Source of the DNA: a virus
Direction: 5' to 3' (one strand)
Virus record (IMG/VR): IMGVR_UViG_3300014208_000005
Coordinates: 1-64,000 of that record
Length of the DNA: 64,000 bases
Below are positions 19,101 to 27,773 of the stretch, piece by piece (positions within the stretch are counted from its first letter, which is position 1; each line of letters starts with the position of its first letter). The notes beneath the pieces are model-generated. The model was given only the letters and a program-made list of their open reading frames with translations. It was not told the DNA's origin and searched no databases. Made by a program: the position numbers and the translations under genes.

Positions 19101-21173
19101 GAGTTAATGGAAGAGTTGAACACCTTAGTTGATGTTCACATTGATCAGCATTTTGTAGCAAACATTCAGAAAACTCTGATTGACAATGTTGCTCAAGGAG
19201 GGGGGTTTATTCCTAAGAACATGTTGTCGTCTTTATTGCAAACATTGCAGGTTCATGATGATGATAAATATCGTGGAGTATTGGGGAATGACAAAGACAA
19301 TAAAAAAATACCTTTGATGTATTTCCACCCAATTCGTGAGGCTCTTAACTCAAAAGAGAAAGAGGAAGCTAAAGACTACATTCGAGGTCAAAAAAATAAA
19401 GACGGGTCGGTAAGATTTACTGAAGGGACGGCTGCGTTTGATGAGGCATTGGCAGACAGAATAAAGAACGACGAATACAAAAAAGGACGTAAGAATAAGA
19501 GTATTGACTTAAGTAAGACAACATTGCTGTTTGCTCACTCTGTTTACACACACAGTTCATTTGCAAATACTGAGGATTTAATTAAAGCGATGAAGGCTTT
19601 AATGGCTGGGAACAAACAGAAACAGCTGGAAACGACTAAGGAGGGGAAATTAAAGGAAAACATCTTCACGAAGAAGGTTTCAGAAGTAATGGGAATTCCT
19701 AAGGGTGATGTAGAATCATTTGATAAGTTTATGGATTTGTATTGGTACGGAATTTCAGGAGGTAACTGGGAAAAGACTGTTGAACTATTTGGACGACAGA
19801 TTTCACTTAATAAAGCGTCTCAACAGTTGATGCGCTACATCTCATTTAAAGCCTTAGGTTTAGCGCCATTGTTAGCTATCGGTAACTTAGTTGGAGCGGA
19901 ATCAATGGCTTTCCTTAAAGCTACAGAGGGAATTCATTTTAAGACGTCAAATTTAGTGAACGCTATTAGAAGAATTACAACACGAGATGCAAAATACGTT
20001 GCATTTGCGGGATTCTTTGATCCTCATGCACCTAATATGACTTTAGAAGATGCGCGTAAGTTGTCAGCTTCACAACTATCTAAATGGGCTACTTCTGATA
20101 ACATGTTTATTCTTCACCGTTCTGGCGATCAATTAGTTGATAAGCATGTACTAATGGCTATGGCTGAAAACTACGGATTTGATCCTTCAGACGGTAAGAT
20201 AAAATTACTTACAAAAATTGCAGATAAATCTGTTAAGTCTTTAATTGAGTCTGCTGTGTTAACTGATAAAGGTTTGGAAATACCCGGATTTACAGACAGA
20301 TTTAAGGAAGAACAAATTAAGCAGGAGTTTAGAGATTTTAAATTCAAGGTTAAGAATCAGCTTAATTTAATCAAAGGTTCTATTCCAGTTGAAGATAGAG
20401 ACTTAAGTAATAGCACATTACTGCTATCGTCTGTAATGATGTTTAAGCACTGGATGCCGGGGTTAATTAGAGCACATTACAAGGACTTTAAGATTGATGA
20501 TGAAGGTGAGGCTGATGTTGGACGTTTTTCTGTAATGATTGGTGAGTTCACGGCTAAGGGATTCTTACCAAAAATGGCTGCGTTTAAAGACCTGTTATTG
20601 GAAGTAAGCTTATGTGGATTTTACAAAGGGAATGTTAACGAAGCAGTTACAGAAAGTTATTACAAGAAATACATTGATGAGTTTAGACTTTCAAAAGATC
20701 CAAAAGCAGATAACTTTCTGTCTTATGATGATTTTAAAGCCTTAAGATTAGCAAAATTTAGAGCATCAGCAGCTGAGATACGGTTGTGGATTGTATTTAT
20801 GATGATGGTTATGGGTGCTAGAGGAATGATTCCAGACGACAAAGAAGACAACACTAGAAAACCAGCGTTAATTCTTTACAGAGCGTTAAATCGGTCGTTG
20901 TTAGAAGTCTCCTTCTTTATTGACCCATCATCCATGATGCAGGTGACATCAAATCTAATGCCTCAGATTCGTATTATTACTGATGTTATGAAGCTTACTA
21001 AAAACACTGCCTTAGTTGGCTATGATTTAGTTACCGGGAATAAGCCTAAAAAAAGTCAGAAAACACGTCGTCCATTCTACTATTCAAGTACTATGGTTCC
21101 AGGTCTTAATAAGGGAATAGACTTTTGGGATGCTTGGGATACTTATGTACCTAATGGTTTCTGGAAGAGATAA
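16176..21173 (+). CDS. Large RNAP-associated virion protein with degenerate zincin-like and PD-(D/E)XK nuclease domains
   Basis: 1665 aa; TLGEETAHF...EAVGKLIA; IAGTVDLIVVHSNGAVSIFDWKS...QQLAAYKNML. Confidence 0.7.
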   Translation: MAVCKITKTSNKELEGLIDELGQTEGLKAFLSVEFSAIPIKGNESLYERSRLLKTNGEPRNFSFEDAQRISATLRENHPEYKIKVSKSFKGWQIQFGEKNNLFAQEQLTSNESDKISSLENKLLTFLSRIGITVNSVKKLKAKDKDGNELDAIAVARIMQRVIDVVEGKAKADTLGEETAHFLVELLGDHPLVQAMLREITGYDVYAEVVAEYSGIEGYDDLALRKEAVGKLIAKILVAKERGEVLPQRAMAWWELLWNWIKQKFSRISSSEMKEALSPFEVAAERILTGNTSDLSWENIGENTPIELFQIPQSVIDYKKKVLEKLNEKLVSLDLKTQSYVRASDNKKVMKRVTDNIKNYYRFLFRSNDLTDEGTLQYAHAGIVIHKVFEVTIGKNTRKEIFKYSDVIEEVEKQLREIEEFKDKPEGYFAGIVSLESFQKVIKPTIKGIVTQVNEVEERIAKTQGLTEEERLENKPTYLTEVSLYDAKEDIAGTVDLIVVHSNGAVSIFDWKSLAFDTVGNKTAKEVPWYKRGAWEQQLAAYKNMLKEQYGITEFALSRVIPINVQFWKAGKLEGQVSKLQSGFSTVDPNLQPVPHVTERTDDKRINAQLEKLEAQRKTLLDAHLTNRKDKKILEALDRVDATIRALQLNKDIDFVAEQISNINVKIKKAEHEIESVDAEGKPNPNYIGIHQLNEYREYLDLLDEFATIGVESTEDPVIKAKYKALSYDRTESLGIIRVKVHDAILAATGIDINKPAKEATFLGKIFNRVSQYDNPFLKAMSKLIRGNYDASQESSEKVHAKLEELDAKLEEWGKANGMSKFETFKLFYNEETGMLHRRLSKKYYEDLETAKKKNDSAWLIKNTQVGRFSESADSDNTYLDYVGEAKVKFEDARRKKEEDLHKSYDGFGKEGERKIAGFMRTFDKKHNIKNHPDAAYNPDNYFVRIRPENNDYNTQEWTFINKHEALKNYYDYHTELMEELNTLVDVHIDQHFVANIQKTLIDNVAQGGGFIPKNMLSSLLQTLQVHDDDKYRGVLGNDKDNKKIPLMYFHPIREALNSKEKEEAKDYIRGQKNKDGSVRFTEGTAAFDEALADRIKNDEYKKGRKNKSIDLSKTTLLFAHSVYTHSSFANTEDLIKAMKALMAGNKQKQLETTKEGKLKENIFTKKVSEVMGIPKGDVESFDKFMDLYWYGISGGNWEKTVELFGRQISLNKASQQLMRYISFKALGLAPLLAIGNLVGAESMAFLKATEGIHFKTSNLVNAIRRITTRDAKYVAFAGFFDPHAPNMTLEDARKLSASQLSKWATSDNMFILHRSGDQLVDKHVLMAMAENYGFDPSDGKIKLLTKIADKSVKSLIESAVLTDKGLEIPGFTDRFKEEQIKQEFRDFKFKVKNQLNLIKGSIPVEDRDLSNSTLLLSSVMMFKHWMPGLIRAHYKDFKIDDEGEADVGRFSVMIGEFTAKGFLPKMAAFKDLLLEVSLCGFYKGNVNEAVTESYYKKYIDEFRLSKDPKADNFLSYDDFKALRLAKFRASAAEIRLWIVFMMMVMGARGMIPDDKEDNTRKPALILYRALNRSLLEVSFFIDPSSMMQVTSNLMPQIRIITDVMKLTKNTALVGYDLVTGNKPKKSQKTRRPFYYSSTMVPGLNKGIDFWDAWDTYVPNGFWKR

Positions 21174-21194
21174 AACCGAGGTCAAATTTTTTAG

Positions 21195-21227
21195 AAAAGG
21201 GGTTAGCTATTAAACTAACCCCTTTTT
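21195..21227. terminator. Bidirectional rho-independent terminator between the convergent blocks
   Basis: AAAAGGGGTTAG-ctattaaa-CTAACCCCTTTT perfect stem with A/T tails on both sides. Confidence 0.9.
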
Positions 21228-21238
21228 GTTTTACTCTC

Positions 21239-21382
21239 TCATTCCCATAAAATTTCCATTGCATCGTCATACCCTTCCCAATTATCAACTCCAGCACTTT
21301 CTAAAGCCGTTAGCTTTTCATTGTCCGCAATTAGTTGATAATATTCTGATGCTCTAATTGTAATCATTTCATTCTCTTCCAT
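21239..21382 (-). CDS. Small conserved phage protein (GVDNWEGY motif)
   Basis: MEENEMITIRASEYYQLIADNEKLTALESAGVDNWEGYDDAMEILWE; internal ATG of ORF 21239..21487. Confidence 0.65.
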   Translation of the reverse strand: MEENEMITIRASEYYQLIADNEKLTALESAGVDNWEGYDDAMEILWE

Positions 21383-21386
21383 TTTA

Positions 21387-22532
21387 TTACTCTCCGTATT
21401 TAAGTAAGAACTCTGGTGAAACACATTTAAATGAAATTCTATTTCCTTGAAATTTTCCTGTAAAAACATCGTCGTAAATATCAACACAAGGACGAATTAC
21501 AATTCCTTCTCTTAAAGCGTCAGCATTTAGTTTACTCTTGTCTGTGCTTAACTTAACGTAGTATTCCACATCAGAGTTTAAAGAAATTTTTGAGATGAAC
21601 GGAACTGACTTAAGTTTAAGTTCAATTAAAAGCTGAGTTAATTCGTCGTAAGATAAGTACCGTCTGTTCTTAATGTCAAATCCATTAAAGAAATAAACAT
21701 CATGTTCTTCAAGTTTGTATTTATTCTTCTGAATTCCAGGACCAATTAACTCTCCTTGTAAAGCGATATTATCTGGTAATATTTCATTAAGATTGTACTT
21801 TCTCACAACCTGCCACCAGTTACTATCATCCTCATCTTCTAATTCAAGATTTCTCGAACAAACTCCAAATTTACCATTCACTTTAAAAACAGACATTGAT
21901 GAACCATCAAGTTTTTCTGTAACATTACATTCAATTCCTTCATGTTTCTTTAAGTAAGAGCCTAAAACCTGCACCCTTGTTTCATCAGTTTTAGGAAAAT
22001 AAGAAGGCCATATTTTCTGTTTCTTAACTTGCTTTGGTAAAATCTTTGTTATCAGCCTTGCTAGTAGTGGAAAGTTTTTTAAACGACGTCTTAAGAAAAT
22101 TGGAAACCATGAAGGATAAATAAACTTGTCTTTTTGTTTAGTTGAAGAGATGTATTCAGCAGGTTCCCATTTAACTATTCCAAGTACGTCTGTTACATCT
22201 GTTCCAACAGACAACGGTTGAATGAGTTTTCGACTCCTGCCTAATACGTATTCCGGAGGCAGTATTGACATTTGAAAACAAATGCCTTGTGAAATCTGAC
22301 CTTTAAGTCTTATTGTTTTAATTCTGTATTTCTTATCTCTAAGAAACTCAAATTTCTCCGTTTCTGGTAAAACAGAATCAATCTCACAATAAACGCATTT
22401 ATCTCCTACTTCAAAATCACCTTTCTTTACTACAACCTTCCAACCCAAGACAGACGCAACTAAAATTGAATCTGCACCAGGAATTGGGTTTAATTCTTCT
22501 ATTATTTGAATTGTTGCTAAGTTTCTCGCCAT
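21387..22532 (-). CDS. RNA ligase, DRB0094/Rnl2-like family
   Basis: N-terminal OB-type domain (ATIQIIEELNPIPGADSI, GDKCVYCEIDSVLP); motif I TEKLDGSS, LQGELIGPGIQKN, REGIVIR, SFKCVS; start placed at MARNLA. Confidence 0.9.
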   Translation of the reverse strand: MARNLATIQIIEELNPIPGADSILVASVLGWKVVVKKGDFEVGDKCVYCEIDSVLPETEKFEFLRDKKYRIKTIRLKGQISQGICFQMSILPPEYVLGRSRKLIQPLSVGTDVTDVLGIVKWEPAEYISSTKQKDKFIYPSWFPIFLRRRLKNFPLLARLITKILPKQVKKQKIWPSYFPKTDETRVQVLGSYLKKHEGIECNVTEKLDGSSMSVFKVNGKFGVCSRNLELEDEDDSNWWQVVRKYNLNEILPDNIALQGELIGPGIQKNKYKLEEHDVYFFNGFDIKNRRYLSYDELTQLLIELKLKSVPFISKISLNSDVEYYVKLSTDKSKLNADALREGIVIRPCVDIYDDVFTGKFQGNRISFKCVSPEFLLKYGE

Positions 22533-22555
22533 TTTGACTTGTTTTTCTGACCTGT

Positions 22556-22617
22556 GACGCACGATCTTTTAAAAGTTGACATGTAGTGTCACTCTTAAGA
22601 CCGTGTTCCACAGCGTC
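22556..22617 (-). promoter_or_regulatory. Long stem-loop in the 5' leader of the RNA ligase gene
   Basis: Minus strand cacggtctt-aagagtgaca-ctaca-tgtcaactttt-aa-aagatcgtg, closed by gacgc/gcgtc. Confidence 0.55.
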
Positions 22618-22623
22618 TTGTTT

Positions 22624-23016
22624 CTAACTTATTAATTCTCTTATTGCTTCAATATCCTTCTTAACTTCAGGCAGATACTGTGAATCTCTTATTGCTCTAC
22701 TTGCGTGCCAAACTAACTCCTCACTGTAAGGCGGTTTTGAAATCCTCCCTATGTCACCAGCTGTTAATCCACTGTAATGATACAAAAAGTAAAACAACAT
22801 GTGTCTCCTGTAAACAATCTCATCTGCTTGACTTGGGTCAAAGAAATCCTTTAATTCTTTACCAAAGTGCTTACAAATGACAATTGTTATCCTTTCGACA
22901 GACGGTAATTTTTCAAGAAATTCATTTACAGTTTCCTCTGTAGCTTTTAGTATTGCTAATTGTAGTTCTTCAGAATAGTAATCAGGTATTTTGTAAGTTA
23001 CTGTTTTTGGCTTCAT
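22624..23016 (-). CDS. DnaA domain IV-like helix-turn-helix protein
   Basis: IVYRRHMLFYFLYHYSGLTAGDIG...LVWHASRAI resembles the DnaA C-terminal pattern R-Q-x-AMYL...SL..IG...TVLHA..KI. Confidence 0.55.
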   Translation of the reverse strand: MKPKTVTYKIPDYYSEELQLAILKATEETVNEFLEKLPSVERITIVICKHFGKELKDFFDPSQADEIVYRRHMLFYFLYHYSGLTAGDIGRISKPPYSEELVWHASRAIRDSQYLPEVKKDIEAIRELIS

Positions 23017-23231
23017 TTACAAAGATTCATTTTTGTTTCTTCTCTATTATGATACCTTAAATGTTGTGGGATGTCTAACTGCTGTTCTAATTCAAATAAT
23101 TCATATTCTAACCTCTCTTCACATGTGTCGTAATCGCATAACATACCATCAACATGAGCACACCCCCTCTGTTTATACAAGTTACAATGTCTCACTGGAT
23201 CGTTTGAAATTTTACACATTTTTGGCTTCAT
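23013..23231 (-). CDS. Small Cys/His-rich hypothetical protein
   Basis: DPVRHCNLYKQRGCAHVDGMLC; coupled overlaps. Confidence 0.55.
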   Translation of the reverse strand: MKPKMCKISNDPVRHCNLYKQRGCAHVDGMLCDYDTCEERLEYELFELEQQLDIPQHLRYHNREETKMNLCK

Positions 23232-23580
23232 TTAGTAGTCTTTCTGTGAATTGTTCTATTTGATAAACACTTATGAATCTGCACTTATTCAGGAGCTGCC
23301 CCTCTTCGTCATTATCATCAACTAAATAATCAAATTTATCATCGACGTAAGACGCTTTGTGAGTGTAGTTCATAAAGTGGTAAGAGATTCCAGCCTTTTT
23401 AGCAAATTCATACAATGGCTCATTCATGTTTTTATCTGCCTTAAACCATGTGTATTTAGAAGGGTCTTCAAAACGTGTTGTTACAATTTCAACATAATGT
23501 CCATCCTTAATCCACTTTAAAGCTTCTTCTTGATTGTGTTCATACTCAAAGGAGTCATCCCAGTCAATGGCAATTCTCAT
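23212..23580 (-). CDS. HAD-superfamily phosphatase-like protein
   Basis: Motif I IAIDWDDS, motif II IVTTR, motif IV YLVDDN. Confidence 0.65.
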   Translation of the reverse strand: MRIAIDWDDSFEYEHNQEEALKWIKDGHYVEIVTTRFEDPSKYTWFKADKNMNEPLYEFAKKAGISYHFMNYTHKASYVDDKFDYLVDDNDEEGQLLNKCRFISVYQIEQFTERLLNEAKNV

Positions 23581-23885
23581 ACCTCAACGTTGTAAGTTCC
23601 GTTAGTTAGCTGTGTTGTAAGATTATTAGTATTATTAGTTCCGCAAGTAATCCAAGGTTGAGGATAAGTAGGATAAATAGGTAAAGGATTAGTTAGCGGA
23701 CGAACCCAGATATCTTTCCAGATGTAAGGCGTCTGCCAATTGTTAATAATCGTGTTAACCTCTAAAGTAAAGTCTTCCCAAAGTCCATTTGGCAATAACT
23801 GTTCCAAAGTACTGAAAAACTCGTCAAGTTTAACTCTTGAGTCAAGCTTAATTGTTTTATTTGTTGTATCCAATTGTATTTTCAT
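23577..23885 (-). CDS. Hypothetical protein
   Basis: 102-aa ORF with ATGA overlaps to both neighbours. Confidence 0.6.
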   Translation of the reverse strand: MKIQLDTTNKTIKLDSRVKLDEFFSTLEQLLPNGLWEDFTLEVNTIINNWQTPYIWKDIWVRPLTNPLPIYPTYPQPWITCGTNNTNNLTTQLTNGTYNVEV

Positions 23886-24754
23886 ATTTCTGTTAAATTA
23901 AAACTGCTTGGATAAATCTTCATATCTTTTAAATCTAAAAATTTACTCATTATCTCAGGCTCGTAAAGATTGACTTTGATATTATGACCGTCTTTAAGTA
24001 AATAAGGATAGAAATTAGCACCAAAAGCTATTTTAGATTGATTTTCAGGCAACTGTGTTATTAGATATTTCCAATCTATTTCTTTCTTAATTGCTCTTCC
24101 TTGAACCCCATAAGGCAATAAAACAAAGTAATCAACTTTACTTTCCCAAGAATCATAAATTCTCCTGAAATCATTTATTGAATCATAATCAGAAATAATA
24201 ATATGAAAATTTAACCTTACATTGTAGGTTGAGTAAAACTGTGCTGCGGACTGCCAAAAGGGTTGTAAATGTGGATGGCAACTGACGGCTACTCCTCCAC
24301 AATAATTGATTGTTGCATTGATTAAATCTTTTTGTTCTTTTGTTAATTCAACAAACTGTCTTGTGTTTATTGCTCCAGACCACATCCCATTTGTTGTGTA
24401 GTTAGGACAAATATCAAGTTCTTCTTTTAAAACTCTTAACAATTCAATAAAGTCTGGATGTGAAGTAGGTTCCCCACCTCCAAGAGCAACTTGGAAAGGT
24501 CTTTCGTTTGAAGACATTGGACCAAAGAAGTTCCTCACTTTTGAAATAATATTTTTGTAGTGTTCTTCCTTAGAACTGTTCATGTAACAATAAGGACAGT
24601 TACCTTCACAATTTCCAGTTACTTTTAAATCATAAAATTCTGGGTATTTTAGTTCTAAGATTGGTTTAGAAGAGTCAATGGCAAAACGTAAAGTCTTGCC
24701 ATTGCACCATATTGCTCTGTAATTTGATTCTTTTTCTATTCTTGTTTTTATCAT
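23882..24754 (-). CDS. Radical SAM protein
   Basis: CxxxCxxC (CEGNCPYC), ALGGGEPTSHPDF, NYTTNG. Confidence 0.9.
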   Translation of the reverse strand: MIKTRIEKESNYRAIWCNGKTLRFAIDSSKPILELKYPEFYDLKVTGNCEGNCPYCYMNSSKEEHYKNIISKVRNFFGPMSSNERPFQVALGGGEPTSHPDFIELLRVLKEELDICPNYTTNGMWSGAINTRQFVELTKEQKDLINATINYCGGVAVSCHPHLQPFWQSAAQFYSTYNVRLNFHIIISDYDSINDFRRIYDSWESKVDYFVLLPYGVQGRAIKKEIDWKYLITQLPENQSKIAFGANFYPYLLKDGHNIKVNLYEPEIMSKFLDLKDMKIYPSSFNLTEI

Positions 24755-24755
24755 G

Positions 24756-25139
24756 TTATCCCAAATGAAACCTTTCTACATCATATCCAAAAGCATCTTG
24801 AATAAAATCAAACATCCAATATGGAATGCTATTATCAAAAGCTCCACGAATAATTATTCCTTCATTCCTATTTGAATGATAATAAGTTTCGAACCCATTT
24901 AATGCTTTAGAAGGTTCTCCTAGATAAGGTTCGTCAAATACTTCATTAAATGTGTAAGATGTGTTGTGTATTTTATTATGTAGGCTTATTGCTTCAGATA
25001 ATATTTCTCTAACTAGTTCTACAGATTTGTCTTTACCTAAAACAAATAATTCTGTGCTGCTATTAGTAATTACATCAATAAAGGAATGTGGTTGGATTAC
25101 AAAAAATGTATTCTTCTTATCCGTCTCTAGTCGCTTCAT
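24756..25139 (-). CDS. Radical SAM-associated ITNSST-motif protein 2
   Basis: HSFIDVITNSSTELFV near the N-terminus; DNSIPYW near the C-terminus. Confidence 0.65.
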   Translation of the reverse strand: MKRLETDKKNTFFVIQPHSFIDVITNSSTELFVLGKDKSVELVREILSEAISLHNKIHNTSYTFNEVFDEPYLGEPSKALNGFETYYHSNRNEGIIIRGAFDNSIPYWMFDFIQDAFGYDVERFHLG

Positions 25140-25557
25140 GGTCTGTAGAATAAAGATAACTTAAAAGCTTATTTGCTAATTCTGAATGTATTTCATTTTT
25201 AGCTCTTAAACAAAGAGTTGATGAAGGAGAATAATAATCACAACAACTAGTATCTTCTTCAGCTTTCTTCATCCATTCTGGTTTTACTGTTTTTCCAGTT
25301 AAAATATCATCAATAAGTTGTTTTAAATCTGTTCCTTCTGGGAATTCTTCAAATTCACTATAAACATAATTTTCTTCTGCAAAAACCCCAGCGTAAAACA
25401 AATCATCAAACGTTTCTGTCCTACTAAAAGTTTTAAGCATTTCATTTACTAATTCTTTAACAGCCTGTAATGAACCTTCAGAATAAGTAAAAATAACAGT
25501 TGATGAATTAGTAATCAAATCAACTGAACTGTGTAATTTAATTTTAATTGTTTCCAT
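25117..25557 (-). CDS. Radical SAM-associated ITNSST-motif protein 1
   Basis: HSSVDLITNSSTVIFT near the N-terminus. Confidence 0.65.
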   Translation of the reverse strand: METIKIKLHSSVDLITNSSTVIFTYSEGSLQAVKELVNEMLKTFSRTETFDDLFYAGVFAEENYVYSEFEEFPEGTDLKQLIDDILTGKTVKPEWMKKAEEDTSCCDYYSPSSTLCLRAKNEIHSELANKLLSYLYSTDHEATRDG

Positions 25558-25563
25558 TTTTAT

Positions 25564-26262
25564 TTACCATTTTATCTGAGCATCAGCTCCATTCATTTGT
25601 AATAATAGTTTATTTGCTTGTGTAAAGTGCTTACAACCAGTGAATAAGTCTTTTCCGTAACATCCCGAAGCTGGGTGGCCTGCTTCAAGAATGTGATGTG
25701 CTGTTTCACTTATCAATGGTTTGTAAGCTTTAGCTTTATTTCCCCAGAGCATCCAGATTAATCCTGAATGCCCCTCATTTAAAGCTGTTATTACAGCTCG
25801 TGTGAAGAAAGTCCATTGTTCGAGATGACTTTCTGGACTTTTCTCTCTGACTGTTAAAGCTGTATTCAATAGTAGTACTCCCTGATGTGCCCAATTAAGT
25901 AAATCTGGCTGCAAGAAATGTTCAAAATCAAATCCTCCGTAACAATCATCCTCAACTTCAGCCTCAATTGCTTTTAAAGATGGTTGTGGGATTATTGTGT
26001 CTTTAGGATTAGCAAAAGCTAACCCAGTCGCGGAATCAGCGTTAGAGTAGGGGTCCATCCCCACGATTACACACTTTACAGAATCAAAAGGAGTTTCAAT
26101 AAATGCTTTAAACACATCTTCTTTTGCTGGGTAAACATTAAACTTACTCCTTTCTGAAGCAATGAATGTCCCCAGAGCGCCAAACTCCGGGGACATCACA
26201 GTGTTCCTTAAACGTTTAAACCATTCTTCACCAAATAATCTTCTCCCAATTTCTTCCGTCAT
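25564..26262 (-). CDS. ung: Uracil-DNA glycosylase, family 1
   Basis: VKCVIVGMDPY, ATGLAF, WAHQGVLLLNTALTV, LWG, GHPAS. Confidence 0.93.
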   Translation of the reverse strand: MTEEIGRRLFGEEWFKRLRNTVMSPEFGALGTFIASERSKFNVYPAKEDVFKAFIETPFDSVKCVIVGMDPYSNADSATGLAFANPKDTIIPQPSLKAIEAEVEDDCYGGFDFEHFLQPDLLNWAHQGVLLLNTALTVREKSPESHLEQWTFFTRAVITALNEGHSGLIWMLWGNKAKAYKPLISETAHHILEAGHPASGCYGKDLFTGCKHFTQANKLLLQMNGADAQIKW

Positions 26263-26675
26263 TTCTTTTTATTCTCCTCCCAATGCTCGTTTCCTTCAGC
26301 ACATTTTTTACAGAGTGTTGTTATCCATCCTTTAGTCTGTCCGATATTCTCTTTTGAACCACACTTCTCACATGTTTCGTAAGATTCTCTTTCTGCATCG
26401 TCAATTAAATCATGTTGATAATCATCAGCCCCATTAACATAAAATCTTAATCCTCCAAACTTTTCCTTAACTTGACACGCAACTACTTGCGGATGTTTTT
26501 CAGGATTTTCGTCCGTGTGTTTTTGTAACTTGTTACAAAGTTCATCAATGATTTGGAACCACCCGTCATCATGCTCGAAACCCCAACACATTGCAGTTGA
26601 GATCATTGGAGCATGTCTGTCTCGAAATATCTTAGGATACTTCTCACAGAGTTTATTGTCTAATTCTTCTGTCAT
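26259..26675 (-). CDS. Conserved phage hypothetical protein (QVKEKFGGLRFY family)
   Basis: GWFQII...QVKEKFGGLRFY...TCEKCG...GWITTLC. Confidence 0.7.
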   Translation of the reverse strand: MTEELDNKLCEKYPKIFRDRHAPMISTAMCWGFEHDDGWFQIIDELCNKLQKHTDENPEKHPQVVACQVKEKFGGLRFYVNGADDYQHDLIDDAERESYETCEKCGSKENIGQTKGWITTLCKKCAEGNEHWEENKKK

Positions 26676-27421
26676 ATTTCGATTATTTCTTTATTATCGG
26701 GTTTATCGTAAAGTTCAACATCTTCAGGAATAGTTACATCTAAATCTAATTCTAACTGTTTTCTTCTCTCATCTGCTTTAAATAGGATCTTTCCTATTAA
26801 AGTATCTTTAGTAATGTTGTGAAATCGTAGTATTTTTTCTTTGTATTTCTCTGGCATCTTAGAATATTGACCATTTTTGAATAAGTCAATTATGTCAGAG
26901 TACTCTTCAGGAACGTTGTATTCAACCATTACCAACTGCTTATCTTTGTCTAATAGCCGACTGAAAAGTGGGTATTTCAACATTGAATGTTCAAACTGTT
27001 TGTAATCGTCAGTATTAAAGAACCTGTAGAGTATTATTATTTTGTTGTTTGTTGTTATAAATGTGTTAACAAAGTACTGCTGCCATTTAAAAACTCCACG
27101 ACTATCACCAATCATAGGTGTTATGAAAAATGAACTTTTAGTTCTAGGCATTGTGTGCGCTTGAAAACAAGTATCATTTATTTGGTCAATTTCAGAAATA
27201 ATGTAAGTGTGTAACATCTCATTTACTGTTACAAATACTTTATTGTATTCTTGTAACGAAATGAAAGGAATACCGCTTACGTTTATTTGAGATATTTTCT
27301 TCTTATCACGGATTATTTCTAAAGGAAAAGCATCAAACGTAAGTCTTATTGACCTTCCATCTAATACTTCTATCAGTACTCTGTTATCAGCATTCAGGTG
27401 TACTATTTCCTTTGTTATCAT
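26672..27421 (-). CDS. Hypothetical protein
   Basis: 249-aa ORF in operon. Confidence 0.6.
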   Translation of the reverse strand: MITKEIVHLNADNRVLIEVLDGRSIRLTFDAFPLEIIRDKKKISQINVSGIPFISLQEYNKVFVTVNEMLHTYIISEIDQINDTCFQAHTMPRTKSSFFITPMIGDSRGVFKWQQYFVNTFITTNNKIIILYRFFNTDDYKQFEHSMLKYPLFSRLLDKDKQLVMVEYNVPEEYSDIIDLFKNGQYSKMPEKYKEKILRFHNITKDTLIGKILFKADERRKQLELDLDVTIPEDVELYDKPDNKEIIEI

Positions 27422-27773
27422 TATTATTTAATGATTTTAGTTTATCTGCCCATTCTGATACACAGTGTTGGCAGATTGAGATTTTTACTGGTTTGTTTAT
27501 TGTAGCAGTTACTGATGGAATTTGAATCTTAATTAACATTCTAAAACTATGGTCATACCTATCAAGATTCAAATAATGCTCAGTTCTTCCTAGTGGCTTT
27601 TTACAAATTCTGCACTTCCTGGTTTTACCGTAATTTCTAGATTTGTCAATCCATGTTTTTCCATCAAGCCAATCTTCAATAAAACCTTTCCCATTAGCTT
27701 TAAAGTAAGCTGATTGATTTGTAGCCTTTGGAGTAGAAGTCAACTGGGTAGTCGTATTTGTCGTTCTGCTCAT
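27387..27773 (-). CDS. Zn-finger hypothetical protein
   Basis: CRIC...CQHC pairs. Confidence 0.5.
   Translation of the reverse strand: MSRTTNTTTQLTSTPKATNQSAYFKANGKGFIEDWLDGKTWIDKSRNYGKTRKCRICKKPLGRTEHYLNLDRYDHSFRMLIKIQIPSVTATINKPVKISICQHCVSEWADKLKSLNNNDNKGNSTPEC

Noticed and set aside
22417-22611. 64-aa minus-strand ORF upstream of the RNA ligase
   Set aside because: GTG start within a hairpin and out-of-frame overlap with the ligase; better explained as a structured leader.
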